Shown: one piece after another, positions 63,223 through 64,000 of the stretch
Layout of the letters: the number at the start of each line of letters is the position of its first letter
Position numbering within the stretch: the stretch's first letter is position 1
Source: Ylistrum balloti
Taxonomy: Eukaryota
Reading direction: 5' to 3'
Assembly (NCBI RefSeq): GCF_031769215.1
Contig: NW_026782217.1
Span: 620,001 to 684,000 of the forward strand
Length of the DNA stretch: 64,000 bases
Made by a program: the position numbers and the translations under genes
The notes under the pieces: model-generated
Seen by the model: the letters and a program-made list of their open reading frames with translations, nothing else
Told to the model about the DNA's origin: nothing
Database searches by the model: none

Positions 63223-64000
63223 CGTAAGATCTCATATGATATAAACTGCATTATTACATTTTGTTCGAAAATGGATACATACCGATTATCTTCCACTGTC
63301 CGAGAAGTCTATTTGTATTAGAAAACAAGTACCTGTCACGATCACCTATTTCTCGAGGTTATATCAAACATCTCTATATAGACCAATCTGAGTTATATAA
63401 CCTTGACATTCATACTAAGGGGCCCTAGATCATACATTATATCGACAGGATGCAATTTACAACAATTGATAAAACATTAAATAAACGAGTTAAAGACTAA
63501 ACTTTTTGTAATCACAAATCTTCAAATAGATAAACTTCTGCATAGACAATAACAGAAATCCATTCATAAATACCATGAAATAGAGACATGGTTATTGCGT
63601 ACTCACAAGTAAACGGAACAGTGTACAAAACCTCAGTATACCGTACCTCATATGGCACGACCGCATATATAGAATCCATTAGGAATGGGCACATGTGGAG
63701 CACTCTTTTAGGGAGCTTTGTTCATGTGACAACCCATGCTCGACAGGAAAATCACACTTGGCTTCTTCTTGAAGACGTGTTTAACACGCTCTTGTATTCT
63801 GTATATATATAACAGGACAACTCTTAATCGCGGTGTTTCGAATCTATTCATTTCAAATGCACTCATTTCAGAATACCAATGAAATCAGACAGAGAACTAA
63901 TGTCGGGCATTGCATTTTGTAAATTGTGGTGATGAATTTCGATCTTCACCTCCGTTTAACTGATTTTATTTCATTGTTTTTACATGAAATCGGTAGGTAT

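Noticed and set aside
63512-63812. Overlapping short ORFs with a minus-strand GTGAGT donor-like site at about 63601-63606
   Set aside because: No recognisable protein motif and no partner exon within the window.

Overview
Eukaryotic, AT-rich, intron-containing genomic DNA. It is most likely a bivalve mollusc such as an oyster, inferred from the repeat families. Three spliced genes were rebuilt exon by exon with GT-AG junctions and consistent phases: (1) an SLC22-family organic cation transporter on the minus strand (8 coding exons, 23020->1561, 533 aa); (2) mitochondrial methionyl-tRNA synthetase MARS2 on the minus strand (12 coding exons, 47720->27926, 584 aa); (3) a kyphoscoliosis-peptidase/hillarin-like transglutaminase-fold protein on the plus strand (4 coding exons, 57826->61092, 631 aa). 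A fourth, intronless gene for a Cys-free secreted low-complexity protein (10794-11786, +) is nested antisense in the last SLC22 intron. Roughly 18 kb is made of eleven unrelated minisatellites, and there are L1/Tx1-like and CR1-like LINE fragments, tRNA-derived SINE heads, MITE and HINE-like elements. The standout is a 16-copy array of a 45-nt unit at 18942-19660. Each unit is a complete minimal type I hammerhead ribozyme motif, lying in the sense direction of an SLC22 intron. Fifteen of the 16 copies carry one of a few recurrent lesions, and these could complement each other in the dimeric fold. An intact single-copy relative with the same flanks lies inverted in another intron of the same gene, and two further hammerhead-like families occur at about 35.35 kb and 62.0 kb. 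All calls were made by eye with no database search or folding run.
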